Source: Narcine bancroftii (lineage: Eukaryota). Taken from it: 64,000 bases of DNA. The stretch spans positions 71,548,001 through 71,612,000 of the forward strand of contig NC_091480.1 of NCBI RefSeq assembly GCF_036971445.1, written 5' to 3'. Below the pieces are notes generated by a model. It was not told the DNA's origin, made no database searches, and saw nothing but the letters and a program-made list of their open reading frames with translations. Positions 12,838 to 24,590 of the stretch are shown here, in pieces. Made by a program: the position numbers and the translations under genes. Position 1 is the stretch's first letter, and each line of letters begins with the position of its first letter.

Positions 12838-13345
12838 CGGCTCGGCGGCCTTTCCCCTCCTCTCCCCCCCCCCCACCCCCGGGGCTCGGCGGCCTCCTCT
12901 CCCCCCCCCCCCACCCCCGGGGCTCGGCGGCCTCCTCTCCCCCCCCACCCCCGGGGCTCGGCGGCCTCCTCTCCCCCCCCCCCACCCCCGGGGCTCGGCG
13001 GCCTCCTCTCCCCCCCCCCACCCCCGGGGCTCGGCGGCCTCCTCTCCCCCCCCCCCCCCACCCCCGGGGCTCGGCGGCCTCCTCTCCCCCCACCCCCGGG
13101 GCTCGGCGGCCTCCTCTCCCCCCCCCCCCCACCCCCGGGGCTCGGCGGCCTCCTCTCCCCCCCCCACCCCCGGGGCTCGGCGGCCTCCTCTCCCCCCCCC
13201 CCACCCCCGGGGCTCGGCGGCCTCCTCTCCCCCCCCCCCACCCCCGGGGCTCGGCGGCCTCCTCTCCCCCCCCCCCACCCCCGGGGCTCGGCGGCCTCCT
13301 CCCCCCCCCCCCGGGGCTCGGCGGCCTCCTCTCCCCACCCCCGGT
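12838..13345. repeat. GC-rich minisatellite in CDC6 intron 1, ~14 copies of ccccggggctcggcggcctcctct(c)n-a (~32-42 bp unit)
   Basis: Directly visible tandem array. The core is near-identical and the C-run length varies. Confidence 0.95.
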
Positions 13346-13361
13346 TCTCTCCCGCTGATAC

Positions 13362-13400
13362 CTAGTTCCACAGCACGACCCAGCTGTAACTCCCGCGAAA
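13362..13400 (-). other. CDC6: Probable non-coding exon 1 of CDC6 (5' boundary uncertain)
   Basis: ag|gtatca donor at 13362/13361, immediately downstream of the E2F promoter cluster. Vertebrate CDC6 starts translation in exon 2. Confidence 0.55.
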
Positions 13401-13500
13401 AGAACTTCAGGTCTTGGCGCCATCCGAGCATCACTCCGCCCCCTTCCTCTGATTGGTGCTCCTTTGGCGGGAGTATTCTGCTGGTTACAGGAAGTCGGTG
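13390..13500 (-). promoter_or_regulatory. CDC6: CDC6 promoter. E2F sites TTTCGCGGGA (13391-13400, minus), TTGGCGC (13414-13420) and TTTGGCGGGAG (13463-13473); GC box (13435-13443); CCAAT (13451-13456, minus); ETS-like ACAGGAAGT (13487-13495)
   Basis: Motifs read directly in a CpG-rich segment. CDC6 is an established E2F target. Confidence 0.85.
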
Positions 13501-14208
13501 CAAACTCGAATCGAAATAGGATTCATCTTGAACCAGAAATGTTGAATATACAAATGCGTCCAAAGTTATCTGGAAGATTTGTTGGAAGGAGTTCTCCCCG
13601 TGTCTGCGTGGGGGGCTTCCCCGGGGGCTCCGGTTTCCTGCCGGGTGCAATTGGGCGGCATGGACTCGTGGGCCGAAAGGGCCAGTTACCGAGTTGTTTG
13701 TCTAAACTTAAATATCACATATGCCTATTTTTTATTGAATCTTCAAATAAAAAAATACTGATTAAATATATATTTTTGTGGGGAAATTATTCTATGATCG
13801 TTTTGTCTACAGTTCCTGGTTACATACTCGCAATAGGAAAATTCAGCTGTAACTGGGATCAGTTTTCAATATTCTGCAGCACTTTATAAATTGCCATAAT
13901 CCTGAGACTGGAAGCTTTAACACATTAATTAGCATCATTGAACACGTTTGGATGAGCCTTGCTTTGTTCTTCTGCAGCTAGAATTTAAAGACCAGTTAAT
14001 GAGCAAACATTTCATTTCTTATATTTCCTGGTTTTGTCAAAACTGTTAAATATCCCCATGAGTAAAACGCGAAAGTCTGCAGTGATTGAAGAAGAAATAG
14101 AATGCTGGAGAAACTCAGCAGGTCCCTTTGGTTTGTGGATTGATACTGCACATTTTTTCTAACCCTAAATCTATTTTTCCAAAGCGAGCGGCTTAATTTA
14201 AATATTCC

Positions 14209-17200
14209 TGTGGTGGTCCACCACCGGCCTACTGCAGGGGGCAACCTCTATACCTGCAGGTGTGTAAGGGGACAGGACAACACCTAGCCGGCTGCCAATC
14301 TGGGCCTGAATAGATCAAGCCCCACCCGGTCAGGGGTCAATCACCCTCCGGGATATAAGCCTGTGCCGGCCTCCCGAGGCCTCACTCAGAGTTACTGCAG
14401 CCATGGCCAGCCTGGCTCTGTGGAAGTCTTTGTGGATTAAAGCCTGTTGTACAGTCTTTACCTTGTGTGTGTCTGATTCTGGCTAACAGCGCACCACAGT
14501 TTAATCCACAAAATTTTCCCACGACTGCCATGAAAAAACTCCTGAGCACAGGGAGCCTCGAGGTCGACCCATGCCACCCGGAAGCCCAGACACGCTTCGA
14601 GATCTGGCAGCACGCAGTCGAGGAAATCATCGAGGCACATAAGGGCGACATCCTGGACTCCAATTAGAAGAGGTTGGTCCTACTCCGGTCAAAGCTGGGT
14701 TCCCGCGCCTTCCAGGTAACCAAAGGCTGCTCCACGTACAAGAGCGCAATAGACACTCTCAAGATCTTGTACAAGCCCCCCATGAATGTGGTCTGTGCAA
14801 GGTACTTCCTCAACACCCGAGCCCAGCAACCCGGGGAGTCGGCTGAGTCTTACCTGGGGCACTTGCGAGAGTTGGCCCGACCGTGTCTGGCTGAACCTGG
14901 GGTAAGTGTAGAGGAGGTCGAGAGGCTGATCCGGGACGCCTTCGTCCGAGGGCTACGCTCAAGGGTCATCCGGCAGAAGCTGCTGGAAGACATCATCTAT
15001 GCCCTAACCAGGTCTGTGGAAGTGATCCAAACCCTGGAAACAGCAGCCCTGCCTGTCGAAGACTTCGATTCCGGGTTCCCCCAGGCTTCCTCATGGCCCT
15101 CTCACAATGCAGCTGCAGCCCCAGGCTGAGATGGGGAGGAGAACGTCACTGCGGCAGGCGCCCAGCGCCCCTGTAAGTACTATGGGTCCTGGTGTGAGTC
15201 AGATCGACGATCGCGCCAAAATTGCTCAGCTAGGAACCAGTATTGTTCCCAATGCAGCAAGAAAGGCCACTTTGCAAAAGTGTGCCTCTCTAAACCTGCC
15301 GGCAGCTCAGCGGCTCTCTATGACCTCCCTACCTCCCCCGCAGACCCACCCCCCCCCCTCCATGTGCGCATGCCGGGCTGTGTCATTGTCTCCGTGACAA
15401 CTTCCGACTCCCCGACTTCGACCGCGCAACATCCGGCCCCGCCAGCAACCGTCGCAGCATGTGCTCCGAGCATCTGCACCAGTCCTCGCCGCTCGCTGAA
15501 AACTACAGCGACATCACTTCCGGCTCATGGCGTGACGTTACTTCTGGCTGACGTAACAACATCACTGCCGCCGGCTGTGATGACGTCACTTCCCCTGGTG
15601 CAGCGGACACGGCTGGGGAAGGAGGCCAGCCACGCAGCAGCTCCCTACGTGCCGCTGCCATCTTGGGCCAGGTCACGCCCGACATGGAGGGACCCCGACG
15701 ACGTTGAGAATGACGTGGTCAACACGGGCGATGATCAGGCCGCCCTACCGACGCCCCTCACGCCTCCAGGTGCCATCAGCTGCCGCACACCCCACCCAGT
15801 GACCGACGACAATGTGGTCAACACAGGCGATGACCAGGCCACCCTATCGACGCTCCCCATCCCTCCGGATAGCGATGACTCCGAGATGGTCCTGGCCGCC
15901 ACCATGCTGACCAGGGACATTCCCCACGATCTCGGGCACTCGATGATGGACATGCGAATCAACGGGCAGGTAACAAAGTGCCTGTTGGACAGTGGCAGCA
16001 CCGAGAGCTTTATTCACCCGAGCGTGGCCCAATCCCTACCACTTGCTCGATCGCCCTCGCCACCAAGGATAAGACTGTTGGTACCATCGGGTGCTGCTCA
16101 GTCGATATAACGGTGGGAGGGGAGACTTACACAGAATTCAGGCTCCTGGTCATGCCCAAACTCTGCGCACCACTCCTCCTGGGCCTGGATTTCCAGTGCC
16201 ACCTGCAGAGTGTCACCCTTGCCTTCGGGGGGGCCCCAACCTCCACTCACATTGCACAGCAGGCCAACCTACCAGCCCCGGCCAACCTGTGGTCTCTCCA
16301 CATTGCACATCACCCCACCAGCGCTCTTTACACATCTTGCGCTAGGCTGCAAGCCGATTGCCGCCAGAAGTAGGCGCTATTGCGCTGCAGACAGGGTCTT
16401 CGTCAAGGCGGAGGTGCGGCGACTCCTGGTGGAAGAAGTTATAGAGTCCAGTAACAGCCCTTGGAGAGCCCAAGTCCTGGTGGTCAAAGGGGGAAGTAAG
16501 CCAAGCCGAGGATGGACGTGGATTACAGCCAGACCATTAATCGGTACACCCAGCTGGATGCCTACCCACTGCCAAGGATCGCCGATGAGATTGTCAATGA
16601 GATTACCCGCTACCGGGTTTTCTCCACGATTGACCTGAAGTCGGCGTATTACCAAATCCCTATCCACCCGAAGGACAAGTCCTACACCGCCTTTGAGGCG
16701 AACGGGCGCCTGTACCAGTTCCGCCGGGTTCCTTTTGGGGTCATGAACGAGGTCTCCGTCTTCCAGCGGGAGATGGATCGCATGGTAGACCGGCACAAGC
16801 TGAAGGCGACGTTCCCATATCTGGATAATGTCACTATCTGCAGCCGTGACCAGCAGGACCATGATGCTAACCTGGAAAAATTCCTCCAGATGGCCGCGGA
16901 GCCGAACCTCACTTACAAGGAAAAGTGTTCAGCACCACCCGCCTCGCCATCCTGGGATACATTGTGGCCCGTGGAGTCGTCGGCCCAGATCTGGAAAGGA
17001 TGCGCCCATTAATGGAGTTACTCCTTTCCCCCCTTACCCCCCCCCCCACGCTAAAGGCCCTCCGCAGGTGCCTGGGCCTGTTCTCTTATTACTCGCAGTG
17101 GGTCCCTTGCTTCTCAGACAAGATCCGCCCACTGGCCCAAGCCACAACTTTTACCCTCCCACCTGAGGCACAGGCAGCCTTCACCCGCATCAGGCAAGAT

Positions 17201-19159
17201 ATCGTGGATGCCATGATGCAGGCTGTCCATGAGGACTCCCCCTCCAGGTGGAGAGCGATGCCTCCGAGGTAGCCCTTGCTGCTACCCTCAACCAAGGGGG
17301 GGGGCGCCCCGTCGCCTTCTTCTCCAGGACCATCCACGGCTCCGAGCTAGGGCACTCCGCCATTGCAAAGGAGGCCCAGGCGATTATGGAAGCGGTCTGC
17401 CACTGGCGCCACTACCTGACTGGCAGGAGATTCACACTCCTCACAGACCAGCGGGCCGTGGCATTCATGTTTAACACTACCCACAAGAGCAAGGTAAAGA
17501 ATTTCAAGATCCTGCGCTGGAGAGTCGAGCTGGCAACCTACAGCTACGACATCCAGTACCGCTCTGGGAAGTTTAACGACTCCCCTGATGCCCTCTCTCA
17601 CACCTGCTCGTCTATGCATGACGACAGGTTGCAGGCATTGCATGAGTTCCTCTGCCATCCGGGCGTCACCTGGTTGTACCATTTCGTTAAGTCCCGAAAT
17701 CTGCCGTACACCATCAGGGTCGTCAGGGACATGACCGAGGCCTGTCGGATCTGTGCGGAGTGTAAACCCCGTTTCTTCCGCCCACCCCAAGGCCTATGTT
17801 GTAAAGGCTACTCGGCCTTTTGAAGGTCTTGGCGTGGACTTCAAAGGGCCCCTGCCTTCCACGAACCGAAACGTCTATTTCCTCACGGTAGTGGACGAGT
17901 ACTCACGCTTCCCTTTCGCCATCCCTTGTCCGGACACCTCCATAGCCACCGTCATCAGGGCTTTGGAGCAGATATTCACCATGTTTGGCTACCCCGCCTT
18001 CATCCACAGCGACCGGGGGTCTAGGTTCATGAGCAACGAGCTACGCCAGTACTTGATGGCGAGGTGTATTGCGACCAGTCACATGACAAGCTATAACCCA
18101 AGAGGCAACGAGCAAGTGGAATGCGAGAATGGGGTGGTCTGGAAGGCAGTCCTCCTGGATCTCAGGTCAAAAGGGTGGGCTGTTGAGTTCTGGCAGGACA
18201 CCCTGCCTGAGGCGCTCCATGCCATTCGGTCACTACTGTGCACGGCTACCAATGAGACCCCTCATGAACGTCTGTTCTCATTCCCCAGGAGGTCGGCGAC
18301 TGGAATGTCACTCCCAGCATGGCTCACGTCCCCAGGACCGGTACTTCTGCATAAGCATGTAAGGACTCAAGGCTGAAGCCCTGGTGGAGCAGGTTTACCT
18401 CCTTCATGCAAACCATAACTACGCTTACATTAGGTTCGGCAGTGGCAGGGAGGACATCGTCTCAACCAGGGACCTAGCACCAGCAGGAGCACCCACCACA
18501 CCACGCTCCAACCCAGGACGACACTGACCGGGCATACATCCCTGTCTCCATGCAGCTATGGGGCACGCAGGGCCTCTTTGACTACCAGGGGCCTGCTTCA
18601 GCCTTGGGAGACGAACCTGCCCCCCCCCCCCCACCCATCCAATACAACTCGCATACGTCGGCCCTGGCCACCCCTCCGCACGGCGCCACACCAGCCACAC
18701 ACACCCCTGCTGCCAGACTCTCCAATTGCCCTCTGACCAGTGACCAGGAGCCAGTCCTATGATGGTCACTGAGACCCCGTCTCAACCAGTAAATATTGTA
18801 TGTACAAGGTGGGTGCGATTCCTTGTTACTGCCCCCCTCCCCCGGGATAATTTTAAAGAAGTGGGTGAATGTGGTGGTACACCACCGGCCTACTGCAGGG
18901 GGAAACCTCTGTACCTGCAGGAGTGTAAGGGGACAGGACAACACCTAGCCGGCTGCCAATCTGGGCCTGAATGGATCAAGCCCCACCCAGTCAGGTGTCA
19001 ATCACCTTCCGGGATATAAGCCTGCGCCGGCCTCCCGAGGCCTCACACTAAATTGTTGTAGCCACAGCCAGCCTGGCTCTGTGGAAGTCTTTGTGGATTA
19101 AAGCCTGTTGTACAGTCTTTACTTTGTGTGTGTCTGATTCTGTCGAATGGCGCACCACA
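14209..19159 (+). mobile_element. Near full-length Ty3/Gypsy (Mag-like) LTR retrotransposon, family A. LTRs 14209-14498 and 18870-19159 (290 bp each, TGTGGTG...CACCACA), PPT ~18855-18867, degenerate TSD attcc/attac.
   Basis: Two LTRs ~92% identical by manual count. gag (CCHC KKGHFAKVC), protease LLDSGS, RT YLDN, RNase H SDAS..EKEA-like, and integrase HHCC + DDE in gypsy order. Confidence 0.95.
14530..18560 (+). pseudogene. Disrupted gag-pol of the family A element
   Basis: ORF fragments 14467-14667, 14674-15129, 15280-16110, 15978-16373, 16512-17012, 16925-17272, 17248-17823 and 17753-18376, separated by stops and frameshifts. Confidence 0.9.
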
Positions 19160-19904
19160 ATTACTGAAGTCTTTGAGACTTACAGCACCAAAACATGCTC
19201 TCCTGCTTTTGTCGTGCCTGCTCGCAGGAGGCCCATACTTCTCATCCCTGGAGTTATCCAACTTTTTCTTAAATGAAGCTAACATACCTGCCTCTACCAC
19301 TTTGTCTGGCAGTTTGTTCCATGTGCCCTCTATCCTCTGAGTGAAGAATGACCCTTCTAAATCCCACCCATCATGCTTTCGTGCCTAAGATTTTCCAACT
19401 CCTGGGAACAGACTGTAACCATTCACCTTATCTCTGCCCCTTATGATCTTGTAGACCTCAATGAGATTCCCTCTTAACTTCTTGCGCACTAAGGAATGTA
19501 TGTGGCTTTTCCCAAATATGCTTTTAACGGACCCAAAACATGATTTTAGTCCCTCCTTGTGTGGGAGCATATCCAGCAGTAATTGGCCTGCCATAGGCCA
19601 CTATAGCATCCAAGACTAGTTCAGTCAGTGGTGGTATTTACAACAACAATTCACCAAGGTCTAGAGAAAGATGCAAATGTATCCCCCCCCCCCCAAAAAA
19701 GGAAAATACAATCCATGCATTAACTGCACGGCATCATTTGAATGCACAGCAGACTTTATTCGCTAACCATTGATGCTTCTTGGCTCATGGCTCAATAGCT
19801 GGAGCAACACACAAAATGCTGGAAGATCTCAGCAGGTCAGGCAGTGTCCATGGAAGGCAATAGGCAATTCACGTTTTGGGCCAAAACCCTTCATCAGCCC
19901 TCAT

Positions 19905-20206
19905 TGTGGTGATACAACCACTGGACTGTCTATGACTGCCTGCGCCTGTCCACCCTCTTGCATGCATTGCCTCCTGCAGGGGGTAACCTATTGTACCTGC
20001 AGGGAGGTAACCTGGGAGACTGGCTCCACCTACTCCCTGCCAATCACCGGCCCCACATAAAGGCTCATGCTGGCCCTTGGGCAGGAGCGGAGCACACAAA
20101 GCCAGATGTGATACAGAACCTTGTATGCAAGTTTTAAGCTAATTAAAGCCTGTAATACAGCCTTTCGTTGTTTGTGCTTGTTTTATTCACACTGCAGTAC
20201 ACCACA
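19905..20206 (+). mobile_element. Solo LTR, family B, TSD CTCAT
   Basis: TGTGGTG...CACCACA termini, perfect 5-bp TSD, homologous to the LTR at 24296-24590. Confidence 0.9.
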
Positions 20207-20642
20207 CTCATCATCAGGGTTCACTAGGTCTGTAAGCTTGAATAATTTGCCCCTCTGAGCCCCCTTTAAACTTTTCCCCTCAAGTCTATGCTCCCCAATT
20301 ATAGATTCCCCTACTCAGAGAAAACACTATGACTACCAGTATTTACCTCATCTATGCCCCTTGAGATTTTATAAACCTCTCCAAGGTCACCTCTCATTCT
20401 CCTATGGTCCAGGGAAAAAAGCCCCAGCCTATCCAGTCTCTTTATTACTCAAGCCATCCTATGAATCTTTTCTCTCTCCATCTTAATGACATTCTTCCAG
20501 TATCTAGGCAACTGGAACTACACGCAATATGTATAATTATGAACAAACAGAGCTACCAATAATTGTATCTGATCATACCAATAAACCAGCACTAATGGGC
20601 ACTAATGGGCAAATGTTTGTTCAAAATATTGAAGCTAGACTA

Positions 20643-23600
20643 TGATGCACAATCAATTACACAAAGACTGAAGTTACCGTGGTTGAAGGCATTTATTTAC
20701 AAGAGATAGACAGCATCCCTGTGTTGGTCGCTCACACTGACCCAGACTCGAACTGGGGGCAGGGTTGAGGCATGACAGCCTTTATGGGGGAGAAAGGGGA
20801 GGGAGACCAGGGTCAACCAGGTAAGGTCATGACATTTACATATAACGAATATGTACAATGGTTTCACCACATTCACCTCCTCTTTTGAAAGAAAAGTCCC
20901 GGGGGGGGTGTGGTGTCAGCTGACATCATAAGTTCAGTCAGTCCGGCAGTCTCATTTGGCGTTGTGACTGGCACATCCCCATCCAGGGGCCATGGCGGTC
21001 TCTGTTGGTTCTAGCTGATCCATCTCGGTTGGCCTGGCAGGGGTACTTCACTGAGCTGGGATGCGTGTGTCAGTTGCCGGGTTGGCAGGGATGGTGGGGG
21101 TGGGGAAGTTAGGCCCCGGAGAGCTAGGGGAGGGGGGTACCTGTTGGCTGGTTGGAGGGGGGTCCACATAGTCCTGTGTGTGCCAGGTCCAGGATGGATA
21201 CTGGGTCCTCACATCTGTCTGGGAATGCCACGTAGATGTACTGTGAGTTCATGTGGAGCAGCTGGATCCTCTTGACCAGAGGGTCAGATTTATGTGTCCT
21301 CACGCGTCTGCAGAGTAGGACTGGCCCGGGGAATGTCAGCCAGGTAAGTAAGGTGGTTCCCGACACCGATCTCCTGCGGAATCTAAACAGTCTCTCATGA
21401 GGTGTCTCATTGGTGGCTGGATAGCGTGGGAGCGCCTCTGGGAGGACCTCTTGCCAGTGGGGATGGGGAGGCCCTTGGACTTTAAGACCAGTAGTACTGT
21501 CTTCCAGACCATGCCGTTCTCCTGCTCCGCCTGGCCATTCCCATTGGGGTTATAGCTGGTGGTCCAGCTAGAGGCAATATTCTTGGACAGAAAATATTGA
21601 TGTAGCTCGTTGCTCATGAAGGATGAACCCCTATCGCTGTGGACATAGTAGGGGCACCCGAAAATAGTGAACAGTTTGTTCAGAGCCTTTATGATGGTAG
21701 CTGTGGTCATATCTGGGCAGGGCATGGTGAAAGGGAACTGCGAGTACTCATCGATGATGGTGATGAAATACACGATGCGGTTCATGGAGGGCAGGGGTCC
21801 TTTGAAGTTCATCCTTAGATGTTCAAAGGACCAAGTGGCCTTGATCAGGTGTGACCAGTTGGGCTGGTAGCACAGTTTGCACTCCACACAGACCTGGCAA
21901 TTTCTGGTCAGCGACCTGATGCCTTGATGAAGTGAAAAAATGGGTGATCTCAGGGTGGCAGTGCCTGCAGGCGATCCATCTGTGCACTGGAGCACGACCC
22001 TCGAGACAGGGCATACGAGGGCTCATTGAGCTTTCCGGGCCAGTACAGTATGTCGTAATTGTAGGTGGAGAGTTCAATTCTCCACTTCAGGATTTTTGAT
22101 TTTACCCCGCTGCTGATTGTTGAACATGAAGGCGACTGCTTGTTGGTCAGTCAGCAGGGTAAAATGCTTACCGGTGAGATAATGTCTTCAGTGCCGTACC
22201 GCTTCAACGATAGCCTGGGCCTCTTTCTCAATGGAGGATTTCTCAATGGGGCCCTGGAGAGTGCGTGAAAAAAACTCTACAGGCCTGCCCGCCTGGTTAA
22301 GTGTGGCAGCCAGAGCCAAGTCCGATGCATCACTCTCCATCTGGAACAGGATGGACTCTTCCACTGCGTGCATTGCGGCCTTTGCAATGTCAGCTTTGAT
22401 CCAGTTGAATGCCTCATTGGCTTCTGCTGACAGGGGGAAGTTGGTGGCCCTGATGAGGGGTCGGGCCTTCTCCACATAGTTGGGGACCCACTGAGTGTAA
22501 GAAGAGAAAAAGTCCAGGCACCTTTTCAAGGCCTTGAGGATTGGGAGTTCTCGCAGGGGGCACATGGGGTCAGGGTCGGAGCTAATGTCTCCATTCTTCA
22601 CAACGCAGCCTAGTGTAGCCAGGCGACGTGTGCTGAAGACACACTTTTCTGTGTTATATGTCAGGTTGAGGCGTTTTGCGTGTGGAGGAATTTCTGTAGG
22701 TTTCTATCATGGTCTTGCTAGTTGTGGCCGCAGATGGTGATGTGGTTGAGGTATGGAAAAGTGGCCCACAGTCCGTGTTCGTCCACCATCTGATCCATTT
22801 CCCTCTGAAAGACTGAGACTCTATTCATGACTCCAAAAGGGACCCTTAGAAAATGGTAAAGTCAGCCATCCACCTCGAGGGCAGTATACTGGTGGTCTTC
22901 TGGATGAATTGGGAGCTGGTGATACGCAGACTTAAGGTCTAGGGTGGAGAACACCCTGTATTGTTTGATCTGGTTCATCATGTCGGCTATGCGGGGCAGG
23001 GTATATGCATCCAGTTGGGTAAACTATTGATGGTCTGGGAGTAATCTATGATCATCCACTCTTCACCACCACTTCCTGGGCACTCTGTTCTATCATCCCC
23101 TCAGTGAGGAGGCGTCTCACCTCTGACTTAATAAATGCCCTGTCCCCGGTGCTATGTCACCGACGTTTAGTGGTGAGATTGGCAAACAGGGGTGGGGGAA
23201 AGATCCGGAGTGTGAAGAGGCTGCATGATGGATGCAGGGATTGGGTTTTGGGATGATGGTTAGCTATGTGATGAGAGGAGGACAGGCGGTTTAAAAACTG
23301 CTCGTTACAGACCATGAGGGGAGGGTGGGGCCCATCGTGCTCCATGGTGATGCTCTTCATGTTACACTGGAAGTCTAATCCAGTAGGATAGAGGCACAGA
23401 GCTGTGGCAGTATGAGGAGTGTAAAGTCCCGGTATACTATGCCCTGGACAGTCAGTGTTACCGTACAACTGCCACGAATCTCTGCCGAGTGAAATTTGGA
23501 TGCCATGGCATGCATCGTGGCATTGTCCTGTCTGATGTGGGCGAAGGCCACTTGTGCCTCCATGGGGAGGTGAAAGGTGGTGGCTGGGCCAATGGGCAGA

Positions 23601-24590
23601 CCTTGTCTGAGAACTAGGGGACCCACTGGAGTAGTAAGAGAAGAGCCCTAGGCACCTGCGGAGGGCCTTGAGCATGTGGGGGAGGAGCAGTTCCATCAGG
23701 GGGCACATGTGTTTGAGATCTGGACCGATGACACCATGTTCCACGACGCACTCAGGGATAGCAAGGTGGGTGGTGCTGAACACGCACTTCTCCCTATTGT
23801 AGATGAAATTTAATGCCTCTGCCGTCTGGAGGAACTTCTCCAGGTTGGCATCATGGTCCTGCTGATCATGGCCGCAGATGGTGACATTGTTCAGGTAGGG
23901 GAAGGTCACTCTCAGGTTATGTTGGTCTACCCTACGATCCATCTCCCTCTGGAACACAGAGACTCCATTTGTGACCCCAAAAGGGACCTGGCGGAACTGG
24001 TAAAGGCGCATGTCAGTCTTGAAGGCAGTATATGGCTTAACCGTGGCCTGGATGGGGAGCTGGTGATAGGCCGACTTTGAGTCAATGGTGGAAAACACCC
24101 TGTCCTGGGCTATCTCGTTGACTATGTCAGCGATGCGGGGCAGTGGGTAGGCGCCCAGCCTTAGTGCGAATAATTGCCCCGACTGAAGGCTTCCAGATCT
24201 CGGAGGGCTGGAGCTTCCAGACGTTGGTGGTCGATATCCAGTTTTTCTATGCTGAGAAACTTCTCCATGGTTCTTTAAAATTAAGCTAATTAAATTGTGA
24301 TGCATTGCAGTGCAAACAAACAAGCTTAAACCACGAAGGCTGTACTACAGCCTTTAATTAGTTTAAAACTTGCACACAAGGTTCAGTATCCCTTCTGGCT
24401 CTATGTGCTCTACTGCCTACATGAGAGCCAGCATGAGCCTTTATATGGGGCCAATGATTGGCAGGGTAGATGGAGCCAGTTTCCTAGGTTATCTCCTTGC
24501 AGGTACAATGGGTTTCCCCCTGCAGTAGGCAGTGCGGAAGTGTGGACAGGTGCAGGCAGTCACAGACAGTTCAGTGGTTGTATCACCACA
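20643..24590 (-). mobile_element. Chimeric Gypsy (Mag-like) relic. Family B 5' LTR (24296-24590), gag stub and RT (~24160-23510), fused to family C PR-RT-RH-INT (~23505-21150), PPT and family C 3' LTR (20643-20871).
   Basis: ORFs 23157..24323, 23375..23626, 22188..22601 and 21336..21995. Two RT cores. The terminal LTRs are non-homologous and there is no TSD. Confidence 0.85.

Noticed and set aside
12838-13345. CRISPR-like array
   Set aside because: No unique spacers, only variable C-runs. Eukaryotic context and no cas genes.
12597-13650. Long Pro-rich and Gly-rich ORFs on both strands (formin/WIP/extensin-like appearance)
   Set aside because: Artefact of the stop-free GC minisatellite in CDC6 intron 1. 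ORFs are open in many frames and unit lengths are not multiples of 3.
19905-24590. Inverted family B LTRs as termini of one DIRS-like or inverted-LTR element
   Set aside because: The left LTR has its own perfect CTCAT TSD, so it is an independent solo LTR. The interior encodes a DDE integrase, not a tyrosine recombinase.
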